A stretch of DNA of 46,945 nucleotides from contig JAKQQL010000236.1 in NCBI GenBank assembly GCA_029564175.1, positions 1-46,945 of the forward strand, in the 5' to 3' direction. Below the pieces are notes generated by a model. That model did not search any database, was not told the origin of the DNA, and was given only the letters and a program-made list of their open reading frames with translations. The position numbers were made by a program, and so were the translations under genes. This DNA is from Candidatus Cloacimonadota bacterium (GTDB taxonomy: Bacteria; Cloacimonadota; Cloacimonadia; Cloacimonadales; WRIO01). The stretch's first letter is position 1. Each line of letters begins with the position of its first letter. This document shows positions 36,452-45,364 of this stretch, piece by piece.

Positions 36452-37501
36452 ATGGAACGAATAGGGATGTTCATTGGCAAATTTCTTCCATTGCATAGAG
36501 GCCACCTAACATCTATTTTGAAAGCTCATGCTATGTGTGATAAGTTATATGTTGTCCTTTGTGTTAGGGAATCTCTTGACAAAAAACTTTGTCAAAGTGC
36601 TGGTATTCCTCACATGACAGAAAATCTTCGAATGCAATGGCTTAGTCAGGAAATTCAAGGATATGATAATATCAAAATTGTTTCTGTAAAAGAATCTGAT
36701 GACATTCCCGAATATCCCAAAGGTTGGCAAATGTGGTCTGATATGGTAAAAGAAACACTTCCAGAAGAAATTAATGTTATATTCACCGGAGAAAAACAAG
36801 ATATAGAATATTATCAGAAATATTTTCCAAATTGTGAAGTTGTCACAGTAGAAGATAGTGAACGTTCAAGATATAATAGGTTGTCAGGAACACTTGTAAG
36901 AAGTAATCCTTTAAAACATTGGGATTATATTGTTGGTTCAGCAAGACCTTTCTTTATTAAAAAAGTTCTAGTAGCTGGTGCTGAAAGTTCTGGCAAAACA
37001 ACTTTGGTAAAGAAATTGGCAAAAATATATAATACTTCTTGGTCAGAAGAAGTTGGAAGAGATTATGCTAAACACTATCTTGGTGGGAATGAAAATATTT
37101 TCACTGATGAAGATTTTGTCAGAATTGCACATCTTCAATATGAAGAAGATTATAAAGCAATGAGAACGGGAAACAGAGTTGCATTTTTTGATACTGATGC
37201 CGTCATAACTGATGCATATTCTAAAATGTATATGGGTCATGAAAATAAAAAAGTTCAATCATATATTGATCCTTCAAAATATGATCTTGTGATTTTGCTT
37301 GCTCCAAATGTTAAATGGGTTGATGATGGTCAGAGATTGAACAAGGAACAAGAAAAACGAGATGAATTTTTTAATGATCTTGGCGTTAGCTATATTGCTT
37401 ATGGATTTAAAAATATCATAATTGTTGATGAATTGGAATATGACAAGAGACTTGAAAAAGCTATGGTTCACATTGATAAATTAATTGGATATAACATCTA
37501 G
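36452..37501 (+). CDS. nadR: NadR-type NMN adenylyltransferase / ribosylnicotinamide kinase (no HTH)
   Basis: GKFLPLHRGH, SGTLVR, GAESSGKTT, EVGRDY, DTDA, WVDDG. Confidence 0.92.
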   Translation: MERIGMFIGKFLPLHRGHLTSILKAHAMCDKLYVVLCVRESLDKKLCQSAGIPHMTENLRMQWLSQEIQGYDNIKIVSVKESDDIPEYPKGWQMWSDMVKETLPEEINVIFTGEKQDIEYYQKYFPNCEVVTVEDSERSRYNRLSGTLVRSNPLKHWDYIVGSARPFFIKKVLVAGAESSGKTTLVKKLAKIYNTSWSEEVGRDYAKHYLGGNENIFTDEDFVRIAHLQYEEDYKAMRTGNRVAFFDTDAVITDAYSKMYMGHENKKVQSYIDPSKYDLVILLAPNVKWVDDGQRLNKEQEKRDEFFNDLGVSYIAYGFKNIIIVDELEYDKRLEKAMVHIDKLIGYNI

Positions 37502-37513
37502 AAAAACTGGTGC

Positions 37514-37542
37514 TTGCCAGTCTGACCAAAATGTGATACAAT
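37514..37542 (+). promoter_or_regulatory. promoter TTGCCA-N17-TACAAT for the Ro60 gene
   Basis: consensus hexamers. Confidence 0.75.
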
Positions 37543-37633
37543 AGTTTTTGTCGATGAATGGAAGACGGTGAAACTTGGGCCGATCAAATATGCTCATTGA
37601 ATGAGCCAAACAATCTAAAGGAGATTGATATAA

Positions 37634-39259
37634 ATGTCCAAGAAAGTATATTCTAATGTAGCCAAGGGTATGAATAATGGTGGGAACATTGCACAGACAG
37701 AAAAGGTTCCCGGAAAGAATCAGGTAAAGAACAATGCCGGGGGATATGTTTTTCAGATTACCCCTTGGGATATGTTTAAACGTTTCTTGATTATTGGCAG
37801 CCAGAGTAATAGCTATTATGCTGATGCCAAGTCAATTACCACAGATAATGTTGATAATTTGATTAAGTGCATTCAGGAAGATGGAATGCGAGTTGTCAAT
37901 ATGATTGTTGAGGTTTCCGATAAGGGTTTGGCTGCAAAGAATGATCCTGCTATCTTTGCACTGGCTCTTGTGGCTACTTATGGTAATGATGATGTGAAGA
38001 GATATGCCTTCCAGAATTTGAATAATGTTTGTCGTATTGGAACACATATTATGATGTTTGCGGAGTATTGCAATTCAATGCGTGGTTGGGGCCGTTCCTT
38101 GAAGAATGCTGTTGCTAAGTGGTATACTTCAAAGGTTGTTTCTGATGCAGCTTATCAGATGATGAAGTATAAGAATCGTGAAAACTGGTCACATCGTGAT
38201 CTTTTGAGAGTTTCCCATCCAAAGGTTGACGGTGATATGGCAACTCTTTTCAATTGGGTGACGAAACCGGCCACAATGAATATGGCAATGAATGTTCCTG
38301 AAACTTTGGAAGCGTTTTATGTAGCTTCAAAGTTGGGTTCCATGACAAAGGAACAGATCATTGAAAATGTTATCAAGTATCGTTTGCCTCGTGAAGTTAT
38401 TCCTACGGAATATTTGACTGACGTTGATATTTGGGCGGCATTGATGGATGTTGGTATGCCTATGACGGCCATGATTCGTAATCTTGGTAATATGACAAGA
38501 GCGGGTCTGTTGGTTCCTCTTGGCAAGTATACCAAGATGGTTATTGAAAAACTTGAATCTTCGGAGAATTTGAAGAAGGCTCGTATCCATCCTATCAATG
38601 TTCTTATTGCCTTGAAGACGTATCAGAGTGATGGCAATGTTCGCGGCCGCAAGGGAAGTTCAACTTGGGATCATGTTCCTGCCATTGCCAGTGCCCTTGA
38701 AGGTGCTTTCTATGATTCTTTCCATTACGTTGAACCTACGGGAAAGAATATTCTGTTGGCTCTTGACGTTTCCGGTTCTATGTCTAGTGCTTGTATGGGA
38801 ACGCCAATTTTGACAGATGCAGAAATTTCAGCGGCATTTGCCATGACAACGGTAAGAACAGAAAAGAATGTTCATGTAGTGGCATTTAACCATTCTATTT
38901 CTACATTGTCAATTACAAAGAACATGTCTTTGAAGGAAGTTCTTCGGAAGATTCAGAATATTAATTTTGGTGGAACAGATTGTTCCTTGCCTATGGTATA
39001 TGCTAAGAATCAGAAACTTGATGTGGATTGTTTCATTGTTCACACAGATAATGAAACTTGGTGTGGCAAAGGCCATCCTTATCAGACGTTGAAGAATTAT
39101 CGTGAAGCAATGGGTAAGGATTCAAAGTCAATCGTAATGGCTACTCGTTCTACTTCTTTTACGATTGCTGATCCTCGTGATAAGGGTATGTTGGACATTG
39201 CCAGTTTCAGTAGTGATGTTCCTTCGGTCGTGTCGGGTTTCATCAAGGGTGATTTTTAG
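37634..39259 (+). CDS. Ro60/TROVE-domain RNA-binding protein (TROVE + vWA)
   Basis: NNAGGYVF, RFLIIGS, GWGR, KYKNRENWSHRDLLR, AMIRNLG, RIHP, DVSGSM, GGTDC, TDNETW. Confidence 0.95.
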   Translation: MSKKVYSNVAKGMNNGGNIAQTEKVPGKNQVKNNAGGYVFQITPWDMFKRFLIIGSQSNSYYADAKSITTDNVDNLIKCIQEDGMRVVNMIVEVSDKGLAAKNDPAIFALALVATYGNDDVKRYAFQNLNNVCRIGTHIMMFAEYCNSMRGWGRSLKNAVAKWYTSKVVSDAAYQMMKYKNRENWSHRDLLRVSHPKVDGDMATLFNWVTKPATMNMAMNVPETLEAFYVASKLGSMTKEQIIENVIKYRLPREVIPTEYLTDVDIWAALMDVGMPMTAMIRNLGNMTRAGLLVPLGKYTKMVIEKLESSENLKKARIHPINVLIALKTYQSDGNVRGRKGSSTWDHVPAIASALEGAFYDSFHYVEPTGKNILLALDVSGSMSSACMGTPILTDAEISAAFAMTTVRTEKNVHVVAFNHSISTLSITKNMSLKEVLRKIQNINFGGTDCSLPMVYAKNQKLDVDCFIVHTDNETWCGKGHPYQTLKNYREAMGKDSKSIVMATRSTSFTIADPRDKGMLDIASFSSDVPSVVSGFIKGDF

Positions 39260-39347
39260 TCCTTGACAGGATAGTCAAAAGGTGGTATGATGGGTTTGTC
39301 AGGGAGAAATTCTTGGCAGACCCAATTCTTTTTTGGAGGTGCAAATT

Positions 39348-40112
39348 ATGATTAAAACAATTGCAATGTGGAAAGGTGAAGTTAAGAAACAGGTTGTATT
39401 AATTGGTGAAGTTTGTGGAGTTAGTTTTTATCAGCTTAGAACCAAAATGGATTTATATAATGATGTTTATACTGATTACGGAACCAAAAATGGTCATCTT
39501 TATATTATCTGTTCAAAAAGAGATTTGATGGATCAATCGAATCATATAGCACAACAGATTATTGAAAATACAAAAATTGAAAAGATTCGGGAAAAACTTT
39601 TAGAATTTAATCAAGATTCAAATCCTTATGATTTTTCTGTCTTTAAATGTTTTTTTGAAGGAAAAGAATTGGAAGAATTTATGGTTAAATATGAAAATGC
39701 TTTGAAGGAATGGAATTTGAAAATTGATCGTGAATTGAGGGAAAAGAGAATTCAGGAAGAAATAAAGAAAATAGAAAAACAGAAACAGGAAGAAATAGAT
39801 AAGAAAAGAATTATTCAGGCATTTGTTGATGGTGAATGGATTTCTGGCGAATCTATTGTCAATATTTGTCCACGTAATATAATCCCCAATAGAACTCTTG
39901 GGGCAATTAAAAAGTATATTATCAGTGTCGAATTGAAAAATGGAGAATGGGATATTTGGGGTAAAATAAATAAGAATACTTTTAAAAGTATTCATACATC
40001 TATTTCAAATCTTCGGGAATATTGGAAAGAAGAGTTGCAGCCGAAGGAACCGGAGATTTCTGATGAGGAACTTGATCATCTTTTCGGAAAAACCCTTGAC
40101 AGAAATTCCTAG
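39348..40112 (+). CDS. hypothetical protein
   Basis: ORF with GGAGG RBS. Confidence 0.75.
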   Translation: MIKTIAMWKGEVKKQVVLIGEVCGVSFYQLRTKMDLYNDVYTDYGTKNGHLYIICSKRDLMDQSNHIAQQIIENTKIEKIREKLLEFNQDSNPYDFSVFKCFFEGKELEEFMVKYENALKEWNLKIDRELREKRIQEEIKKIEKQKQEEIDKKRIIQAFVDGEWISGESIVNICPRNIIPNRTLGAIKKYIISVELKNGEWDIWGKINKNTFKSIHTSISNLREYWKEELQPKEPEISDEELDHLFGKTLDRNS

Positions 40113-40622
40113 TCGTGGTATACTGGTTTTGTTGAGAGGGGACTTCCCCAAAAAATCTGAAAGGTGGGATTTTTGATAAAGAAAATTGAATATCAAAGTT
40201 GTTCTTGAAGTGGATTCTGCAGAATCCATGGCAATTATTTTTGGAATTTCACAGATAGTTTGTATCAGGGCAGGAACAAAATTGCCGCTTGACAGAACTT
40301 AGAAGGTATGATACAATGGATTCAACAGGTCTGGAAACCAAGAGAAGTTGACAACGAGTGAAGAAATTGCGGGAACAATTTCCTCATGACAACAAAGTTC
40401 ACGCTTGCAAGTTTGATCAAAAGATGATATACTGGTTTTGTTGAGGGAAACAGGATTTAAAAAGTAGGGTTCCCGAAAATTGGGGGCTTGACACAAAACA
40501 AAGTTTATGATAAACTAAATTCATCAGGTTTGGAAAACGGAAAACGGAAGATGAGATTCAAAAAGTCGGAACATGGAAAGTTAAAGTTCACACTTGCCAG
40601 TTTGATCGAGATGTGGTATACT
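40096..40622 (+). promoter_or_regulatory. array of five tandem sigma70 promoters
   Basis: TTGACA/TATACT 40096-40124, TTGACA/TACAAT 40289-40317, TTGCAA/TATACT 40405-40433, TTGACA/TAAACT 40488-40516, TTGCCA/TATACT 40594-40622; all have 17-nt spacers. Confidence 0.8.
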
Positions 40623-40803
40623 GATTCTATCAGATGAGGAACAACTTCGAAAGTTTGAAAGGGTGATTGAATGAGTGTCGATGATCCGCCGACCCATTAA
40701 GTTAAACTCACATTGATTGAAGAAACAACTTAAATTTGTTTGTAGTTGGGAAACAACACAAAAAATAAAAACTATATTATTGTCTAATGGAGGACGATGT
40801 AAA

Positions 40804-41139
40804 ATGGCTAAGAATACTGAAACGAAGGTTAATACGGAAGTTGTAGAGGAAAAGGGTTTCAACCAGAAGGCTTTTATCGACAATCTGGCTGAGAATATGG
40901 GCACCACGAAGAAGGTTGCGGGAGAAGCTTATCACGCTTTCCTTGCCACTCTTACCGAGGCAATTGCTAATGAAGGTGAAGTTCGTCTTACTGGTGTAGG
41001 GACGTTCAGTGTGAAGGATGTTGAGGCTCGCACTGCTCGTAATCCCAAGACTGGTGAGGCTGTTGAGGTTCCTGCCAAGAAGAAGGTTCTGTTTAAGGTT
41101 TCCAGCTCGCTGAAGAAATTTGTAAACGGCGAAGAGTAA
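40804..41139 (+). CDS. hup: HU family DNA-binding protein
   Basis: GEVRLTGVGTFSV...ARTARNPKTGEAVEVPAKKKVLFK. Confidence 0.93.
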   Translation: MAKNTETKVNTEVVEEKGFNQKAFIDNLAENMGTTKKVAGEAYHAFLATLTEAIANEGEVRLTGVGTFSVKDVEARTARNPKTGEAVEVPAKKKVLFKVSSSLKKFVNGEE

Positions 41140-41148
41140 TAGTAAAAC

Positions 41149-41181
41149 AAAAAGGGATAGTCGAAAGGCTATCCCTTTTTT
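41149..41181. terminator. bidirectional intrinsic terminator
   Basis: AAAAAGGGATAGTC-GAAA-GGCTATCCCTTTTTT between convergent genes. Confidence 0.9.
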
Positions 41182-41187
41182 CTTGAT

Positions 41188-41856
41188 CTATTTAGTTTGT
41201 TCTATTGGTTCTTCTGCTGATTGTGGTTCTGGAATAATTTCTGGCTGTTTTAAATCTTGATAATAAATTGATTCATCGGTCATTTCAATTAAACCACGAT
41301 TGAATGAAACTTTTAATCCTTCAAAGAATGTATCTCCTTTGAATTCTGCCCATCGTGGACAGTCTTTTGTTTGTGCAATTGTTATGTGTGGTGTGAAAGA
41401 TTGTCTGCCAATAACTGGTTGACCACCTTTTTTCTTTTTTTCTTTTGGTAGTTGTTCATATTGTTGAATAATATATTGTCTAAAATCTTCGAGATTTTCA
41501 ACATCTTTGCACATAATAACTAAACTCTTTGCTCTAGGATTATCAAAGAAATCAAGTGTGCCACATTCAATTTTAATTGTTTTTCCATAAGATTTAACAA
41601 TATCAATTAATGACTGGTATTGATCAGGTGCCATGTGGAATCTATTACAAATTGTCATGTGCAAATTATTTAAATATTTTTCTTTTGAAAAAGTTGGATC
41701 AATTTCTTTAATCTTTTTAGAATTAGCAGAATACCATTGTTTCAATTTGTTTGGAAGATTTGTCGTCTTTCCAGTTAAAGCAATACTGGCATAATTGTGA
41801 TTTTCTAATAAAATACCAGCAATTAAATTGTTGAGTGTTTCAAATATGTTGGTCAT
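41188..41856 (-). CDS. 2H phosphoesterase (LigT/Acb1-like)
   Basis: two HxT motifs, LHMTI and PHITI. Confidence 0.8.
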   Translation of the reverse strand: MTNIFETLNNLIAGILLENHNYASIALTGKTTNLPNKLKQWYSANSKKIKEIDPTFSKEKYLNNLHMTICNRFHMAPDQYQSLIDIVKSYGKTIKIECGTLDFFDNPRAKSLVIMCKDVENLEDFRQYIIQQYEQLPKEKKKKGGQPVIGRQSFTPHITIAQTKDCPRWAEFKGDTFFEGLKVSFNRGLIEMTDESIYYQDLKQPEIIPEPQSAEEPIEQTK

Positions 41857-41970
41857 TGTCTCACCTCAATATTAAGTTTGAAAGTTCAAAAGAAATAAAA
41901 TTAATTCTGTAGCCTGATTGAAAAGGAAACTAGGCCACTTTTCAAATAACAGGTTGCAATATTTTAAGGA

Positions 41971-43458
41971 GTGTGTTGCAAGTTGTTTAAGAAAGTATTT
42001 ATGAGTTTGATGTTGTGTTTGGTTATGGTTTCTGGTGCATTTGCAAGTAATCCTTTTATGGATGTTCCTATGAACCATTGGAGTTATGATGCAGTAAGTC
42101 AGTTGGCTGCTAATGGTGTCGTTATTGGGTATCCTGATGGTCTTTATCGTGGAAACCAGTCTACAACACGTTATGAAATGGCCACAGTCATTGCTAGGAC
42201 ACTTGCTTTAGTAGATTTGAATAAGGTTTCTCAGAGTGATTTTGAAATTCTCAAGAAGTTAGTTGTTGAATATAAGGATGAATTGGATGTTCTTGGTGTT
42301 CGTGTTGAACAGATTGATTATCGGTTAAAGGTTATTGAAGAACGTATTGGCGGATGGCAGATTAATGGTCATATGGCTGTTAGATATGATTCTGTTGGTG
42401 AAGGCAATTCCCCTTATAATGTAAGTAATAGAAATAGTGTTTATTTCAATGATGGTAATGGTAGCGGAGCTTCTCTTTATTTCAAGAAGTATATTGATGA
42501 TAAGACTACATTCAATTCTGAATTGGCGGTATCTGGTTCTGATTCAAATCTTTCCGAAGTGTATTGGCGTCAGTTCTATGTTGATGTAATTCTTCCTTGG
42601 GATATTACAATGAGGGTTGGCCGTTTTAATCATAATTGGTATGAATACTATGATTATCGCCCTTGGTTTGGAATGGTTCAGAAGGATGGAGTTATTTTTA
42701 GTAAGACTTCTGGTTATTATAGTTTTGGAGCATATTTCAGTCAGGAATCTGCTTCTGATATGATGAATCAGGACGTTTTTCAGAATGTGAGTTCTGACGT
42801 AATGACTTATGGGGTCCAATTCAATTGGACTCCTACGGATTGGATTCTTTTTGGTTTGAATTATGATTATTGGAATTATGATGCTGTGAATGTTAATGGA
42901 ACAGATGATGATATTTCGGTTCTTGGAACGGAATTGGTTCTTACTCCTTGGAGTGGATTTAAATTTGGCGGGGAATATTGGAAGCAGGACAATGAAACTT
43001 TTTGGCAGATCAATAATTTGAATGATCCTTCTGCTTGGAAGGTCTATGGATTTGTTGATCAGAATGTTCTAAAGTATACTTCTGTTTATGTTGAGTATAG
43101 TTCATTTGGTCAGGGTTTTTGGCTCCAGAACGATCCTTTTGCTCCTTTTGGTGCAGATGTTCTTTTTGCTATGAACAATGTCAATAATGCCATGTGTTAT
43201 GATACAACTTCTTTTTATACTAAACTTGACCAGAAGTGGAATGAAAAGTTTAATAGTTATGTTCGTTATGTGAAAATTGATAATGATCGTTCTTCGGATA
43301 ACCTTCTTGATCAAACTGTTTCTAATTGGTCTGTTGGTGTAAGATATCATTATACTCCTTCTGTTTCCTTTGGTTTTGAATATGATACTGTTGACTATGA
43401 TAATGTTCTTTTGAATGATGATAACATGATTCGGCTTCAAACGAACATCACTTTTTAA
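41971..43458 (+). CDS. SLH-domain outer-membrane beta-barrel protein (OmpM-like)
   Basis: signal peptide ending AFA, SLH motif NPFMDVPMNHWSYDAV...GYPDG...TRYEMA, coiled coil, beta-barrel region ending in F. Confidence 0.88.
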   Translation: MCCKLFKKVFMSLMLCLVMVSGAFASNPFMDVPMNHWSYDAVSQLAANGVVIGYPDGLYRGNQSTTRYEMATVIARTLALVDLNKVSQSDFEILKKLVVEYKDELDVLGVRVEQIDYRLKVIEERIGGWQINGHMAVRYDSVGEGNSPYNVSNRNSVYFNDGNGSGASLYFKKYIDDKTTFNSELAVSGSDSNLSEVYWRQFYVDVILPWDITMRVGRFNHNWYEYYDYRPWFGMVQKDGVIFSKTSGYYSFGAYFSQESASDMMNQDVFQNVSSDVMTYGVQFNWTPTDWILFGLNYDYWNYDAVNVNGTDDDISVLGTELVLTPWSGFKFGGEYWKQDNETFWQINNLNDPSAWKVYGFVDQNVLKYTSVYVEYSSFGQGFWLQNDPFAPFGADVLFAMNNVNNAMCYDTTSFYTKLDQKWNEKFNSYVRYVKIDNDRSSDNLLDQTVSNWSVGVRYHYTPSVSFGFEYDTVDYDNVLLNDDNMIRLQTNITF

Positions 43459-43501
43459 AAATTAAAGAGATGGGCCCAACCGTCTCACATGTGGTAAAAT
43501 G

Positions 43502-43537
43502 AGAGAGTAGGGGGATTCCTCTACTCTCTTTTTGTTT
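43502..43537 (+). terminator. intrinsic terminator
   Basis: AGAGAGTAG/CTACTCTCT hairpin plus T-tract. Confidence 0.75.
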
Positions 43538-43782
43538 TGAATTTGATGATAAAAAGAGAAGTGATTCCTATGACTGAACTAGATCGTTTTTATAATGATT
43601 TAAAAGAAACGATGGAGTCAGAAATTAGGAGGGGCAAAAGAAGTATTGAAGAATGTTTCTTATTGAGAATGTATGATTGTGCTCAAGAAGAAAAAATTGA
43701 ATTAAAGAATACTCAAGATTGGTTGCATTCTATAAATCTTTTGTATTATAAATATAAAGAAAAAGAAAGGGAGGAAGGATGA
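43537..43782 (+). CDS. hypothetical protein (start probably near 43570)
   Basis: ORF abutting the next gene. Confidence 0.55.
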   Translation: MNLMIKREVIPMTELDRFYNDLKETMESEIRRGKRSIEECFLLRMYDCAQEEKIELKNTQDWLHSINLLYYKYKEKEREEG

Positions 43783-43783
43783 T

Positions 43784-44509
43784 ATGGGAAGAATATTTAT
43801 TACTGGTGATACTCATGGTGGCGCTGATTTTGGATTTAAGAAACTTGCTTCCAAACAATTTTCTATTGGAAAAGAATTGACCAAAGATGATTATGTCATT
43901 ATTCTTGGGGATTTTGGAGTGCCATGGCGTTTAGATAAAGAATGTATATACCACTTGAATTGGTTTCATCAAAAGAAATGGACAACTTTATTTGTTGATG
44001 GCAACCATGAGAATTTTGATTATCTAGACAGTCTCCCAATTGAAGAAAAATTTGGTGGAAAAGTTCAAAGGATTAATGATTCTGTGTTTCGTCTTTGCCG
44101 TGGCGAAGTATTTGATATCCATGATAAGAAGATTTTTGTTTTTGGTGGTGGCAAATCTATAGATAAGGATAGGCGTATTCAAGGCGTTTCATGGTGGCCC
44201 CAAGAAATTCCAAGCCATCAAGAAATGGAATATGCATATTTCAATTTTGAAAAACATAATTTTCAAGTTGATTATATTCTTACTCATGTTGCACCATTAG
44301 CTTTAATGAGAACAATTCTTGGAACAGGTGTCTATTATGATCCATATCATGAGGCTAAAGAAATTGATCCAGTGTCGAAATTTCTTGATATGATTTCTGT
44401 TGAACATATTGATGGATTTAAACATCACTATTTTGGACATTACCATATTGATAGGCGGATTGAATACAAATTTACAGCCCTCTATCGAAATATCGTCGAA
44501 TTGCTCTAG
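43784..44509 (+). CDS. calcineurin-like metallophosphoesterase
   Basis: GDTHG, GDFG, GNHE, TH, GHYH. Confidence 0.9.
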   Translation: MGRIFITGDTHGGADFGFKKLASKQFSIGKELTKDDYVIILGDFGVPWRLDKECIYHLNWFHQKKWTTLFVDGNHENFDYLDSLPIEEKFGGKVQRINDSVFRLCRGEVFDIHDKKIFVFGGGKSIDKDRRIQGVSWWPQEIPSHQEMEYAYFNFEKHNFQVDYILTHVAPLALMRTILGTGVYYDPYHEAKEIDPVSKFLDMISVEHIDGFKHHYFGHYHIDRRIEYKFTALYRNIVELL

Positions 44510-44589
44510 AAAGGCTTGACAATCTTCTCTCCCCTTGGTATAATGGTCTTGTTCGATGAAGACTTCTTTATGCCAAGGGGGTTTTTGAT

Positions 44590-45102
44590 ATGAATGAACA
44601 AATGATGGAATATGTTAGTAAATTAAAAAAGAATGCACGGTGTTCGTGTTGTGGCACAATTAAAAACAGTGAATCTTTTCAATTTCATCATCGAAACCGT
44701 CTGGAGAAATATAAAGATGTTTCTTATATGATTAATCATAACGAGTCGAACAAATCTATTCTCCGGGAAATTGGTAAATGTATTTTAGTTTGTGATGCTT
44801 GCCATAAAAGGATTCATAAAGTTGAAGATAAGGAATTTATGTCCAATATCATTGATAGAATGAATTATTTCAGTCATCTGGACAATTACATGATGAGAAA
44901 AGCAATTGTTCGATCAAAACCATTTGAAATTCGTGATCATTTTTCTAAGTCAACTATTTGGTATCGTGATTTTGGCCTGGCACAATCCCTTCTGAAAATC
45001 ATTGATAAAAAAATTAGATCACATTTAAAATGCCATTATACGGCAAGTCCGGCTAAACTTTTAGAATTAGAACAATATTCTGATTCAGTTGTTTTTGCAT
45101 AA
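44590..45102 (+). CDS. HNH endonuclease-like protein
   Basis: CSCCG...QFHH...EIGKCILVCDACHKRIH. Confidence 0.75.
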   Translation: MNEQMMEYVSKLKKNARCSCCGTIKNSESFQFHHRNRLEKYKDVSYMINHNESNKSILREIGKCILVCDACHKRIHKVEDKEFMSNIIDRMNYFSHLDNYMMRKAIVRSKPFEIRDHFSKSTIWYRDFGLAQSLLKIIDKKIRSHLKCHYTASPAKLLELEQYSDSVVFA

Positions 45103-45130
45103 TATAAATTTGAAAGGAGATTTGAGATTC

Positions 45131-45364
45131 ATGGCCAAATATCGACTTCTTGCAGACATCCTAATAGATCAAAGAATTATCCCAGCTGGAATCGTTGTTA
45201 AAGGATATGAGGGTTGCACCTTCGGGACTATTGAACCGGATGAAAAAGCAATAGTCATTCGGGAATTTAAATTCCTTGATAAATTTCCCAAGTATCAAGA
45301 ATTTATTGGAATAAAGAAATCAATACTTGAAAAAATAGAAAGGAAGAATGAAGATGAAGTTTGA
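45131..45364 (+). CDS. hypothetical protein
   Basis: ORF with AAGGAG RBS. Confidence 0.6.
   Translation: MAKYRLLADILIDQRIIPAGIVVKGYEGCTFGTIEPDEKAIVIREFKFLDKFPKYQEFIGIKKSILEKIERKNEDEV

Noticed and set aside
37551..37575. Hammerhead-like text (CGATGA...GAAAC) in the Ro60 leader
   Set aside because: The core CTGATGA is not matched and stems I and III cannot be formed
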